A DNA stretch of 64,000 bases from the human T2T-CHM13v2.0 reference genome, Homo sapiens, in NCBI RefSeq assembly GCF_009914755.1, contig NC_060933.1; one strand, written 5' to 3'. This document shows, in pieces, positions 43,699 to 56,330 of this stretch (positions within the stretch are counted from its first letter, which is position 1; the number at the start of each line of letters is the position of its first letter). The translations under genes and the position numbers were made by a program. The notes below the pieces were generated by a model. The model searched no databases and was not told the origin of the DNA. It saw only the letters and a program-made list of their open reading frames with translations.

Positions 43699-44476
43699 CG
43701 TGTGAAAAAAAGCTTATCATCACTGGTGAGATACCACAATGAGATACCATCTCATGCCAGTTAGAATGGCGATCATTAAAAAGTCAGGAAACAACAGATG
43801 CTGGAGAGGATGTGGAGAAAAAGGAATGCTTTTACACTGTTGGTGGGAGTGTAAATTAGTTCAACCATTGTGGAAGACACAATGTGTGTGTGGCGATTCC
43901 TCAAGGATCTAGAATTAGAAATACCATTTGACCCAGCAATCCCATTATAGGGTATATACCCAAAGGATTATAAATCATTCTACTATAAAGACACATGCAC
44001 CTGTATGTTTATTGTGGCACTGCTCACAATAGCAAAGACTTGGAACCAACCCAAATGCCCACCAATGATAGATTGGATAAAGAAAATGTGGCACATATAC
44101 ACCATGGAATACTATGCAGCCATAAAAAAGGATGAGTTCATGTCCTTTGCAGGGACATGGATGACACTGAAAACCATCATTCTCAGCAACTAACACAAGA
44201 ACAGAAAACCAAACATCATATGTTCTCACTCATAAATGGGACCTGAACAATGAGAACACAGGGACACAGGGAGGGGAACATCACACACAGGGGCCTGTCG
44301 GGGGTGGGGAGCTAGGGGAGGGATAGCATTAGGAGAAATACCTAATGTAGATGATGGGTTGATGGATGCAGCAAACCACCATAGCACGTGTATACCTATG
44401 TAACAAACCTGCATGTTCTGCCCATGTACTCCAGAACTTAAAGTATAATTTAAAAAGAAAGAAAGAAAGAAAGAAA
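43699..44476 (+). mobile_element. 5'-truncated L1PA (L1PA7/8-like), ORF2 C-terminus plus 3'UTR
   Basis: ORF-track peptide ..TIAKTWNQPKCPPMIDWIKKMWHIYTMEYYAAIK.. is the L1 ORF2p C-terminus; G-rich 3'UTR; (GAAA)n tail. Confidence 0.93.
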
Positions 44477-44724
44477 TGTGACCTCCAATGTTGGAGGTGG
44501 GCCTAGCAGAAGGTGTATGAGTCATGGGGGTGGAAAAAAAAGTGTTCGTAAACATGTACACACTTATTTTCTCTTGATATCCTTGCCTCTTTGCAATGTG
44601 ATTTTGCAGTTCCTTTTTATCAAAAAAAATGGAGTCTTTTTCCCCACCCTTTGAATTTGGGCTCAGCCCCAGTTCATGCCCAAACCAATGGGATATGGTA
44701 GAAGTGATGTTGTGCCAGTGGATG

Positions 44725-45032
44725 TTTTTTTGTTTTGTTTTGTTTTTGAGACAGGGTTTCACTCTTGTCACCCAGGCTGGAGTGCAGTGGTGTAATCATG
44801 GCTCACTGCAGCGTTGACTTTCTGGGCTCAAGCGATCCTCCAACCTCTCAGCTTCCTGAGTAGCTGAGACTACAGGTGTGAACCACTATGCCTGGCTAAT
44901 TTTTGTATTTTTTGTAGATAAGTGGTTTTGCCATGTTAACCAGGCTGGCCTCAAACTCCTGGGCTCAAGCCATCGCCCCATCTTGGCCTCCCAAAGCGCT
45001 GGGATTACAGGCATGGGCCACCATGCCTGGCC
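44725..45032 (-). mobile_element. Alu (AluJ-like) inside an MLT1-like LTR (~44570-45330)
   Basis: Antisense Alu; flanks include taagccactaaattttgaggtggtttgtt, typical of the MLT1 3' end. Confidence 0.85.
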
Positions 45033-45466
45033 GGTGCCAGTTCTAAACCTAGACTCAAGGCTCTTGCACGCTTTCATTCATTATCTTGGATAATGAATGT
45101 CATGTTATCAAGCCTAGGCTAGCCTGCTGGAGGATGAAAATCCACATGGAGGAGCTGATCTAGCTCATTACCCTCTTCCACCCCCTTCCACCTGACAACC
45201 GACTCATAAGTGAGCTCAGTGGAAATCAGCATAAATTGGCCTAAACCTGAAAAACTGTCCTACAGTCTCATGAAAGATGATATATGGTTATTATTCTAAG
45301 CCACTAAATTTTGAGGTGGTTTGTTTTTCAGTTAGGAGCACCAAGAATTAGCAATAGCTAATAATGGCAGAAGTCAATAATGTCTTGTAGGTTAGAAAAT
45401 AAGATAGAAATAAAATATGCAACAATAAATAGGATGGACAAATGAGCAGAATAGAAGCATTCTAAG

Positions 45467-45609
45467 GTGAATAAAAATAGATTAATTTTTCTCATATAAT
45501 AAGAAATAAGCATTATGGAGCTGGTGCAGTTATTCAAAGTGAATAAAAAATAGATTAATTTTTCTCATATAATAAGAAATAGGCATTATAGAGCTGGTGC
45601 AACTGTTCA
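45467..45609. repeat. Tandem duplication, period ~72 bp, 2 copies
   Basis: gtgaataaaaatagattaatttttctcatataataagaaata.gcattat.gagctggtgca repeated at 45467 and 45539. Confidence 0.92.
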
Positions 45610-46499
45610 GGAAATTTATCAAAAACCTAGACTCTCTCCATTTTTTCTCTCTACAGTCCTCAGTTTTGGCTATCGCCTTTATGTTTACAAAATGGCTGCT
45701 GTACCTCCAGGCATTGCAACTGTGTTCCAGGGAGAAAGAGAGAATATGATGAGTCTCTTCTTTTTTTAACTAGGAAGTATCTTTTGTACAGGCTCCGCCT
45801 TGTGGAAAGTAGATTTCTGTTTACATGTCACTGGCCAGAACTCTTGTCACATGGCCATACCTAGGTACAAGGAGCCTGGGAAATTGACATATATATTTTT
45901 TCTAGGTGATCTGCTTTCCCAAAGAAAAACAGGACTCCATTATAAAGCAAATGTAAGAATGGGTGTAGTTTAGATGACAAGCAGTCTCTGCTCTCTATTT
46001 TGGAGAAATCCTCTTACTTAAGGAACTAATCCAAAAGGAAAAGCAAACAATGTCCTTGGCATAAAGATTAAGAGACAACATTACACAGGGTACAAGGCAC
46101 TGGAGTGAGACTCCTAGTCCTAGCTCTGCAGCTGACTTGCTGGGGAACTGATCCTCAGTTTCCTTCCCTTTAAATTAAGACATTGGAGTAAATAACATGT
46201 AAGCATTTTAAACAACAAGTAAGTCTGTAAAGACTGAAGGGAATTAACATTTATGACAGATTCCTTAATGTGCAATAGCTCATTTAGACCTCACAACAGT
46301 ATCTCCCTTTACCCTGGGGGATGCTAAATCTCAAAGCAGTCAAATAGTGTTCCCAGACCCACATCTAGTGAGTGGCAGCCAGAATTTCAAGTCGGGTCTG
46401 TAGGCCTCCAAAGCCAGAGGCTTCTTTCTACTGCCCATCCAACCTTTCTCAAAAGGCAAATAAGGTCATGCATTTTTATTTACTGAATTTTAAGTAAAG

Positions 46500-46688
46500 C
46501 AGTGTCTTTTGAAGCGGGCCCAGTGCCACTTGCAGCAGAATCACCTGGGATGTCTATTACAAATGCAGATTCCTGAACCTTCTCCACATGAACTGAAGCA
46601 GACTTGCTAGGGCCGAGGGAGACCCAGGAATCTGTATTATTACAAGCTCTCCAGGTAATTGGAGAGACTTTACAATTTGGGAACCATG
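46500..46688. mobile_element. MER5A-like hAT-Charlie MITE
   Basis: gcagaatcacctggga...aaatgcagattcctg...cccaggaatctgtatt internal inverted structure. Confidence 0.75.
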
Positions 46689-48855
46689 ATTTTAAACTAA
46701 TAATTTAGTGTTCCATTCTAGTGTAGTTTATTTATGGATCTGTGGCTCATGGAAATTTCCTCCTAGTATCAGGAAGATACAACTTAAAAATAGTCTGTTT
46801 TTCCTTCCTATTGTATCCACTGAATTCCACGGAAAATGTTAAGGAACTGGAGGTGTGATTAACACTGATTAATCTAGGCTCCGTACGTCAAAGGCACAGA
46901 CTGACATGAACATACATGCTGATTAGAATCATACAGAGCTGGAAGGGGATGGGCAAAGAAATGGCATTAGCTAAATATTTACTATGTTCCAGACACTGTA
47001 CCAGACACATTACGTCATTTAAGGGGCCCAAGACAAGTGATTCAATCCCTTTTATTTATAAACGGGGTAGGTACTATTATTATTTACATTTTAGAGATGA
47101 AGAAGCTAATGGCCAGAGAAAAACAGTCACTTTCTGAGATCATTCATTCATTCATACAATAAAAATCTCATTAGCTCTTATCTTATGAAAGACATTGCAA
47201 ATAGAGCAGCAAAAAGGCAGTCTAGGGACCTCAGGTGGCACAAAGTCCACCAAATCTCCATTGAAGAAACTGGAACTGAGAGGGCAAATTGGGACTGGAG
47301 CCTGCCAGAAGCCATCTCTCTGGAATCCCTCAGCCTGAGCAAGAGGGGAGTTTGCTGCTGAGGCTGCTGGAGCTGCGGTGTAGAGCAAGTTGCAGGCCTC
47401 TGAGCCTGTTGGAGGTTCAGAAAGGTTAGCTGACTTGCTTAAGTAAGTGTCCTAGACAGGAGGGAGAAAGCGCGCGGGTCTCAGATCCCAGCTCCAATAT
47501 CCACGCCTTTTCCCTTTTCATCTCCCGGAAGGAAGCCTTCACAGGTGGGGAAAATGCTCACCCAGTGACTCTAAAGTAGTGCACAAATTGGCATTAATCA
47601 GAACCATTCTGATTCCTGCTATCAAGGTTTATTTAATTCTAAGCTCAAATGACACAGAAAATAAAATTTCCTCCTTAAAAGGTTCTGCGGAAAAATATTC
47701 TCTGTTCTACGTAACAGCCTCCTTGGCTGTGTTTGTGTCTGAAGAAAGGACTAGTCTGACAGGAAGAATTACAAATCTGGAGCTCATTTTGGCGTCGCAG
47801 AGGGAAGGTGGGTGGAGCGTCTCGCAGTAAATTAGGAATTCAGAATGAAAACGTAGAGTTTATTTGGGTTTTTAGTGACACCTCAGGATTATTATACAGC
47901 AGTGTCAGACACAGCTCAAAGTAATGATGACTGCTCCCCCTCCGCCCCGCGGGAGCTGGGTGCTAAGAAGGGGGAACCCCTCCTTTGAGGGGTTGGGGTG
48001 GGGATCCTCCCTTTCCAACCTGGATCGGGAAGGGGTTTGAGAGGAGTGCGGCTTGGATCCCCATCCTGGATCTGTGCTGGAGGGAGGCGGGAGGCTATTT
48101 GGGGGTGTGTTTGGGCTCAGGATCTGGGTCTGACGCTGGGATCTGAGGACTTTCTGGGTTTGGAACTGGGTGGGGGAGCTGGGTTTGGGGTGACCGCTGG
48201 GAGCAGGAGGAAATAGGAGAGTGAGTCGCATGTGAAGGGCACTGAGGAGGGATCTTCGGGGGAATGCTGAAGTTGATGCGTGGACTTGGAGAGGGGAAGT
48301 TGAAGTGGATGCAGGGGCCTGGCGCTGCAGCGGATCTGGGTGGCATGTGCTGGGATTGCCAATGCGGAGCTGTGAATGGGGTCAGGGTGGGGCTGAGGCA
48401 GTACCAGATCTTCCGCGCCTAGAGGAGGTTAGAAGAAAAGAGCGTCGAACGGCCACAGCCTTTTTCCGAAAGAGACTCACACAGACACACCCATCGCTCT
48501 ACCCGGCCCTCCGGGGCTAGCGGCTGAGCGGTGCTGGGGCTGGCAGACCCCGCCCCCACGCGGCCTCTCGGAGCCGGGAGCCGATCGGGCCGGGGCTGGG
48601 GTCTGGCGGCCCAGCCCCCGGGGAGCGTGGGGCGTGGCCAGAAACCGGCGCTCGCGGCTGCGGATTGGCTGCCTGGCGGGCCCGCAGGCGGGGCTCCCGG
48701 CTGGGTCCCGCTTGGCAGCTCGCGGCGGCGGGGAGGCGGGGCCGGCGGGAGCCCGGCAGCCAATGGACGCGCGTCCTCCGAGCAGTTACAAAGGGCCGGA
48801 GCGAGGCCGCCGCGGCGGCTAGGGAGGTGGGGCGAGGCGAGGTTTGCTGGGGTGA

Positions 48856-49410
<555 letters not shown>

Positions 49411-52400
49411 TGACCTTGTTCTGGGGACCCCCGCCCCAAGAGGGTCCGTGCCAGAGGCTGCCGAACCCGGGGCGGGGTTTGAGGTTGGGGTGGAAGGCGG
49501 CTCCCGGGCGGGGTGTGAGCTCCGAGCCTCTAGGGCTTCGTCCAGTGGGAGTCGGGGGCGACGTGTGGTGAGACCCCTGGGTCCGCAGGCCGCCCTGACT
49601 CCCGCCCGGCTCGACCCGAGCCGACCCTGCTGGAAGGGGCTGCTCCTCCAGCCAGGGGGGCTTTGTGTGAGAAGAAGGAAGCGCGGAGATGCGCGGAATG
49701 TTTCTTCTTTCGTGCGTCTGGGGAGTGTTGAAGTGAGTCCAGTAACCAGACGGCTACGGATTGTTTTCATAGTGGAAACTTGAACGTTTGCTCATTCTGC
49801 GGGTTTTGGAAATTTTGGGAACGACTGTGAATTGATTAAACGCTTTTTATTTCCTCGAAGGAACATCACTCACGTTGTTCCTTTTCTTGAGTGACAGTTA
49901 ATAGTTTGATTCAGACATCTGTATAGCTGGTTTTCAAGGAAGACTGTTGGCTGGATTTTTCAAAATAGTAAATCAGGTTGGGGTAGGTGATTGGTATCCA
50001 CAAAGGGATGAGTGAAAAACTTCGTTAGCAGCTGAACTGAGACACTAGAAGCTAAAATACACAGCCTCAGTGTTAGCAACTAAAATGCAGTGAAAGTACA
50101 TTTCTGTTTCTGAAACTGGACAAAAGATGTTGAAATTTTTTTAAAAAATCAAGACTGACGGTGACGATTATAATCAGTCCTAATAGCTACCGTCTATGTA
50201 TTGTGCATTACTACGATGTAAATGCATACACTATTGTATAATTACATTATTTAATCACCACAAGTAAACTCCCAGGAGTAGTGGCATTTGCCCCACTTTA
50301 CAGATGTGCAAAGTGGGGTACAGACACGTTAAGTACCCAATAACTTAAGTGCTAAAGCTAGGATTTTCACTCAGATCTCAGTTTCCCAAACCTGTATGTC
50401 ATATATATATATAAATATGTATACATCATACTATCTGGCGTAGCCCATTTTTCTTCTTCAGTCGTCTGATGAGCAATTGGTCTTTATTATCCACTTTGGA
50501 TTCTGTCCTCATGATTTGAGTATCAGATAGGCTTCATTCCGACTCTTAGCACATTGTTGAGTCCCTTCACGTGGGCCTGCATTAGAGGAAACAATGGATT
50601 TTTGACATTGGCCTAGGGAGGAAGGCAGGATAACTGTGTGGACATTTGGGAGAATCAGTATAGTTAGGCATGAAACACAGGTAACATTTCCACACCGCTA
50701 TTAACTTGAATAACACAGTGCACTCTTTTCCACCAGAAGTAGCACAAGAAGCGTTCATGTATTCAAGTAACAGTAGTGGACTTAGTTGAAGACACAGAAC
50801 ATTGCTCAGTCCATGTCCTGGAGGAGTTTACAGTCTCCATGGTATGCACAAAATACAAAGCTGTCCAGGTGCTTATTACTCTAAGCCCAGACTGCCTCAG
50901 CTTGTCTGCCTCCCCTGTTGGTTATGATGATGCCTCAGTCCACCCTTAAAAAACATTCTGAAAAAGGTCAAATGCTTTTTATTTCCTCTGTAACTTGGCT
51001 TCCCTTTTAAAGACTTGCACCTTTTTATGTTCTGAGTATGTTTTAATGTTCTCTGCCCAACTTCTGTCTCCAACATAGGTTTCTCTAGGGAAATTGATTC
51101 CTTATCCCTAGTGCACAGTTTAGTACCACTATGTCTATATGTATATCCCATCTGAGAATGCTATTTGCTTCCTTTCTGCCATTTCATAACTTTTTTTCTT
51201 TGAAAACGTGCCCCCAATCCAACTCTTCTATGAATGCCTCTTGAATGTCTCCTCCTTTCTTGGTATGCAGCCTTCAGCTTAATCCTGCCTGTTATCCTCC
51301 AAATCTAGTTGCTTTCCCATGTTTTTCTCATCTAGGCTTTTCTATGGCTACTGCCAAACTAATCTTCCTCAGCCTTCCCCGTGAAGGTTTATAAGATTTC
51401 CCATTTGTATTCAGCACTTAGAACAACACTTAGCAGCTTATGATTGGGGCCATCTCTGAGTATCCTACCAGGGATCTCATTTCTCATTACTGCAGACCTT
51501 CGAGCAATTTCTCTTTCTCACTGACTCCTGACTGTTCAGCCTTTTCACTACACATTTAGTTTTGCCCCTTTTTTTGGGAGTGCGAGAAGTTCTCAGCCCT
51601 GACTTCCTGTGCTGGTTTAGTTCTTGAATTCTTTGTCTTCCAGAACTCTGCAACACTTAACAGTTTGTGTTGTCCATTTCTACTGCCTGTGCTGCTACTT
51701 AACTCTACTTGAATGCGTTATAGGTACCCAGAGGACAAGATTCATGCCATTTCTTTCTTTTGTGGCCTCAGAACTTAGCACTGTGTTTTATATTCTATTC
51801 CACATAAATGCTTGTTGATTTCTATTTGAGCATTCCTTTAATATTTATACTGTTTTATGTAAGTCCAGTTTATGCAATATTAACTTGTAATTCCGTATAA
51901 ATAATCAGGAAAAGTTGTATGGCGTGTTGAAAGCAATTGGTTATTTGTCCTACCTTCACCAGCAGTTATGCAGAAAATGGGGCAATACCTACTTTTGCCT
52001 AATTCATGAGATTGTGAAGATCACATGAGAAAGTGGTATTTGAGTTTGAGGTTGCTATTCTGTGTTGTTGCTAAAGAGCAGGACTGATGTTCAATAAGCA
52101 GTTCCCACTGGGCCATGTGTGTTTTGGTTAAACATCCTTTCTGATTGGTTGGTACCCTTGTAGTGCCAGTTGTTAAATATTTTTAATATCATTTCTATAG
52201 GGAGGCATTAGTATTCAAAAAGGGAAATGATTAGTGTAAGCTGGAATGATTGGGGGAGGCTTCTTGGACACTTTAGGACTTACACTGACTTTGAAGGGTG
52301 GGTAGAATTCAGAGGGGGATTTGATGAGTGTGAAAGTTCTTTTGAAGTTGTGTCCCCAACTGTCCTGGGGCCTACTCCAAGGGAGGAAACAAGGCTTTTA

Positions 52401-54995
52401 CTGACTGACTGGCAAGTTACTCTTCAGAGTTAGGTTCCTTATTCTGTACTGTGGAATTTGGATGTATTAACCTCTATCATTTTTTCCCCAATCCTAAAAG
52501 CTATAGTACATAGCTGGAAACAAAACATAAAAGTAATCAAAGTGGAATGAGTGAGGGAGAATAACATTATGGGATGCCCAGTAGGACTAGGCATTCAAAT
52601 GGTGGAAGTCCTAAGTATATTATCACTTCAATTTACAGATGAAAAAACGACTCAGGTGAATTTCTTAGGGTGGCACAGGGGCAGAACAGAGACAGGAACT
52701 TTGATTTTCTGATTCCATATCTTGTGCCCTATATGGTGCTTTAAAATGTGAAGGACTTGGAGGTGGGAGTGGGACAGGGTTGGGATAGGTGGTTGGCATC
52801 CACGAAGGGATGAGTGACTTCCTTAAGTGAAGTAGGCCTTGAACTTCACAGAATTTATGAAAAGTGAATTCTAAAGGTGGAAGGGAGGGGGAATGATTAA
52901 AGCCTTAAAGTTCTCAAGGAAAAGGTCAATTTTTTTTTAATTGCTGATAAAAGGACCTGGTATATACTTATTGATTGAGAAAAGTAGGCCTATAGTAGTT
53001 TGGAAGATGGTCTTGAGTAAGTACAGTTAATTGAATTGGGGTGTAGTTAGAAGGCTTTGGTTTAGAATATTAGATGATCCGCTTTGTTGTTGAAATTAAG
53101 AGAGGAATTGACATAAAAATAATCAAGAGGAAGATAAATCTTGTTCCTGTGAGGAGGGCCGCTCATGTAGGGAAGACCCCTGTCAAAAGGTTCTAGGCCT
53201 TAGTTGAGCAGTTACAGGGACTCAACACCATTCTTGTAGTGTCATTTTATTGCACCAAATATGTTCATGTGTAATAAATGGAATTTTGAAAATGCCATTA
53301 TCCTATGGATGGCCCTTCTGATGTGAGAACGTGTCTCTTCAAACCACAGAGCCCCTTGCAAATGTCGACACACCTCTTGCCTTTTGCAGTTCTTCCTTGG
53401 TCATGGCTTACGTAACACAGAGTTCTCTGAACAGATGGACTGTGGTTTGATATCATGTGATTGGGTCACATCTTTGCTTCCTGCTTTTGGAATTGAGGGC
53501 AGATGCTGGCATATTTCTCAGGGATTTTTTAATGCTTTGTCCCATAGAACTAGCTTGAGGAAAAGTTTTGGAGTCTTCTCAGAATTTATGGTCAGTTTTG
53601 ACCCAGCCTAACTCCAATACTTAGGATTACATTTAATGCCATTCTTAGCTGAATTTTCTCAATGTCAAATCCAGGCAGTCTCCATAAACATTAAAATTGT
53701 TTACCACTCTGAATTAGATCCAATTTTATGTGTTTTGTTTGCTTTCCAGGTAAGTTTCTTATGGCTACCCTTCTTCATCATGAAGAAAATTGGTTGGTAG
53801 ACTTGTAATTATTCATCTCAGACATCACTTTCTTAAATACTAGTGGACTAAGTTCAGTTGGTTTTATGGTCCAATTTTATAGATCAGATCAAGTCTTTTA
53901 TAAAGCTGCTCCCTCAAAGAACAATTTCTAATCTAACTTAAAAAAAATTGACTTGCAAAGTATACACACAGGTTGCTTTGAAATTTCTTGAAGGGTTGCA
54001 AGAATATGCTACATATTCTATCTGTCTTGTCTCGTTTAATTCTCTCTTCTCTCTTTTTTTTTCTTTGACCATGGCTAATACGGCATCATTTAGTTCTCAT
54101 AACCAACCTTGAATGGTAGTTGTATAGAGTACCAAAACTTCTTACTTATTTGCTGCTTAATTTCCAAACTCTTAAGCCCATTTGTTCCCAGATACAGGTG
54201 ACCAGTGCTCAGAAGATAACTGTAGGTTTTGATAACATCGGCTCTACCCCAAGATTCTTTTCAACTCTAAACATTATCCAAAGGTGTTAGTATTTTTTCA
54301 TCGTCTAATCGTAAATATATATATAAAAGAAAGACACTGCTTTGAATGGCACAGATGTAGACTAACAGTAGTTCAGCCACTGAGACTCAAATGATTTTGT
54401 ATTACCATAAACCCCATCTGCCTGGGCAGGCAGAATTGACACAATTTTGCTCAGATTGGAACCTAGTTCATATCTATGAAAGAAGACCCTCTTTGTTTCC
54501 ATTTTATAGACCAGGAAACTGAAGTTATGCTGTTAATGAAAGGTGGAGCCTTCAGTTAAGCACTCCAGGGTATGTACTCTTTTCCTATACAAATGCTCCT
54601 CTACTTATGATGGGGTCACGTACGTCCATGCTCCTTTCATATAGAGTAAATACATTGTTAGAGCCACTTCAGCAGGAAAGTTTCCTTTCCCTTTTTTGCA
54701 AACCATGAGAATTTGCTTCAGATTGCCTTGATTACAGTTTTACTATTTCTTTGCAACTGCAGGCCATTCAGATACTAACAGTCTTTCTTTAACATTATAT
54801 TTTTAGGTAATTTGAATCTTCCTGACGAGTCCAGTGATAGTTGATCACTTACTATTTGTATTGATTTATACATATATTCATAGCAAATTCTTTTCTTCTA
54901 AAAGTTACATAAGCACAGGACTGAAAATTTGTATTAGAGAAAGGAAAAAAACCATCACCAGCCATTATTAACATTTGGCATATCCTGCACCCATG

Positions 54996-55028
<33 letters not shown>

Positions 55029-55048
55029 AGTATAAAAAACCATTCTTG

Positions 55049-55371
<323 letters not shown>

Positions 55372-55429
55372 TTAATCATTCTATTTCAGCAGTTTATGAA
55401 AGCTAATAAAAGTGTTTAAATTGACAAAC

Positions 55430-55472
55430 AGCTTCAGTTTACAGAGGAAAGAGCTTCAGTTTACAGAGGAAA
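55430..55472. repeat. Tandem duplication of agcttcagtttacagaggaaa (21 bp x2, period 22)
   Basis: Exact copies at 55430-55450 and 55452-55472. Confidence 0.92.
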
Positions 55473-55974
55473 TAGCTCATCTATTCTTAGCAAATATTTA
55501 GTAGTGATCAACATGATGAGAAATATAGGAAAAGTAAGAGGCAGTCTTGCTTTTGAAAAAATTGATGCTGAGGAAATATGACTACAGACTCAGTACTAGC
55601 AACCACAGGGACTGCTTTACAGAGGAGGTAGGACTTGATCTCTCTGCCTTGCAGGAGGATAGGGCTTTGAGTGGATGTGTGGTGGAAAGGAGGCACTTCT
55701 TGGCTGGAGAGGATGGCATGTGTGGAGAAAGAGCATTCTAAGTTTCAGGATTTCTAAGAGGAGAAATGGAAGTTCATGGTGTAAAGGGTGGGCTCAGAGA
55801 ATTATGGGCCTTGAAAATCAGGAGAGTGGTTTTAATGTGGAAAAAGAATGTCTAATTGTGCCGCAGAGGGAATGGATCAGGGTGGCTACCCAGTTGGTTT
55901 GATGGCATTGAGAACGGGGTGAAATGGTGACTGTATGACATTTGAAACAAAGAAATCAGAGGAATTAGTAGTAG

Positions 55975-56330
55975 GGCCTGTGTGTGGCTGTTCCCTTGCT
56001 TGTGTGCTCTTCCCTCACATACCTGCATGGCTTCCTCCCTCACCTCCTGCAAGTCTTTGCTCAGATGACACCTTTTTCTCAGTGAGGCTTATCCTGCCAC
56101 CTTTTAAAATATTGTCATCATCCTACAGTGCTTTCCTTCTCTGTAACAATACCTTCTAACATACTGTATTTATTTACTTATCATATGTACTTATTTACTG
56201 TTTATTGTCTCCTTCCTATCATTCTATGCTTTGTGAAAGTGGATGTCTTCGTTTTGTTCACTAATGTATCTCAAGTGTATGGAAAGTGCCTGGTGCATCC
56301 TAGGCACTCAGTAAATATTTGTTGAGTGGC
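55975..56330 (+). mobile_element. LINE-2 3' end
   Basis: Ends gtgcctggtgcatcctaggcactcagtaaatatttgttgagtg. Confidence 0.75.

Noticed and set aside
48763-48822. 19-codon upstream ORF (MDARPPSSYKGPERGRRGG*) in frame with the TGFBR1 ATG
   Set aside because: Its ATG overlaps the CCAAT box and is probably upstream of the main TSS; stops at 48820 and further downstream exclude an N-terminal extension.
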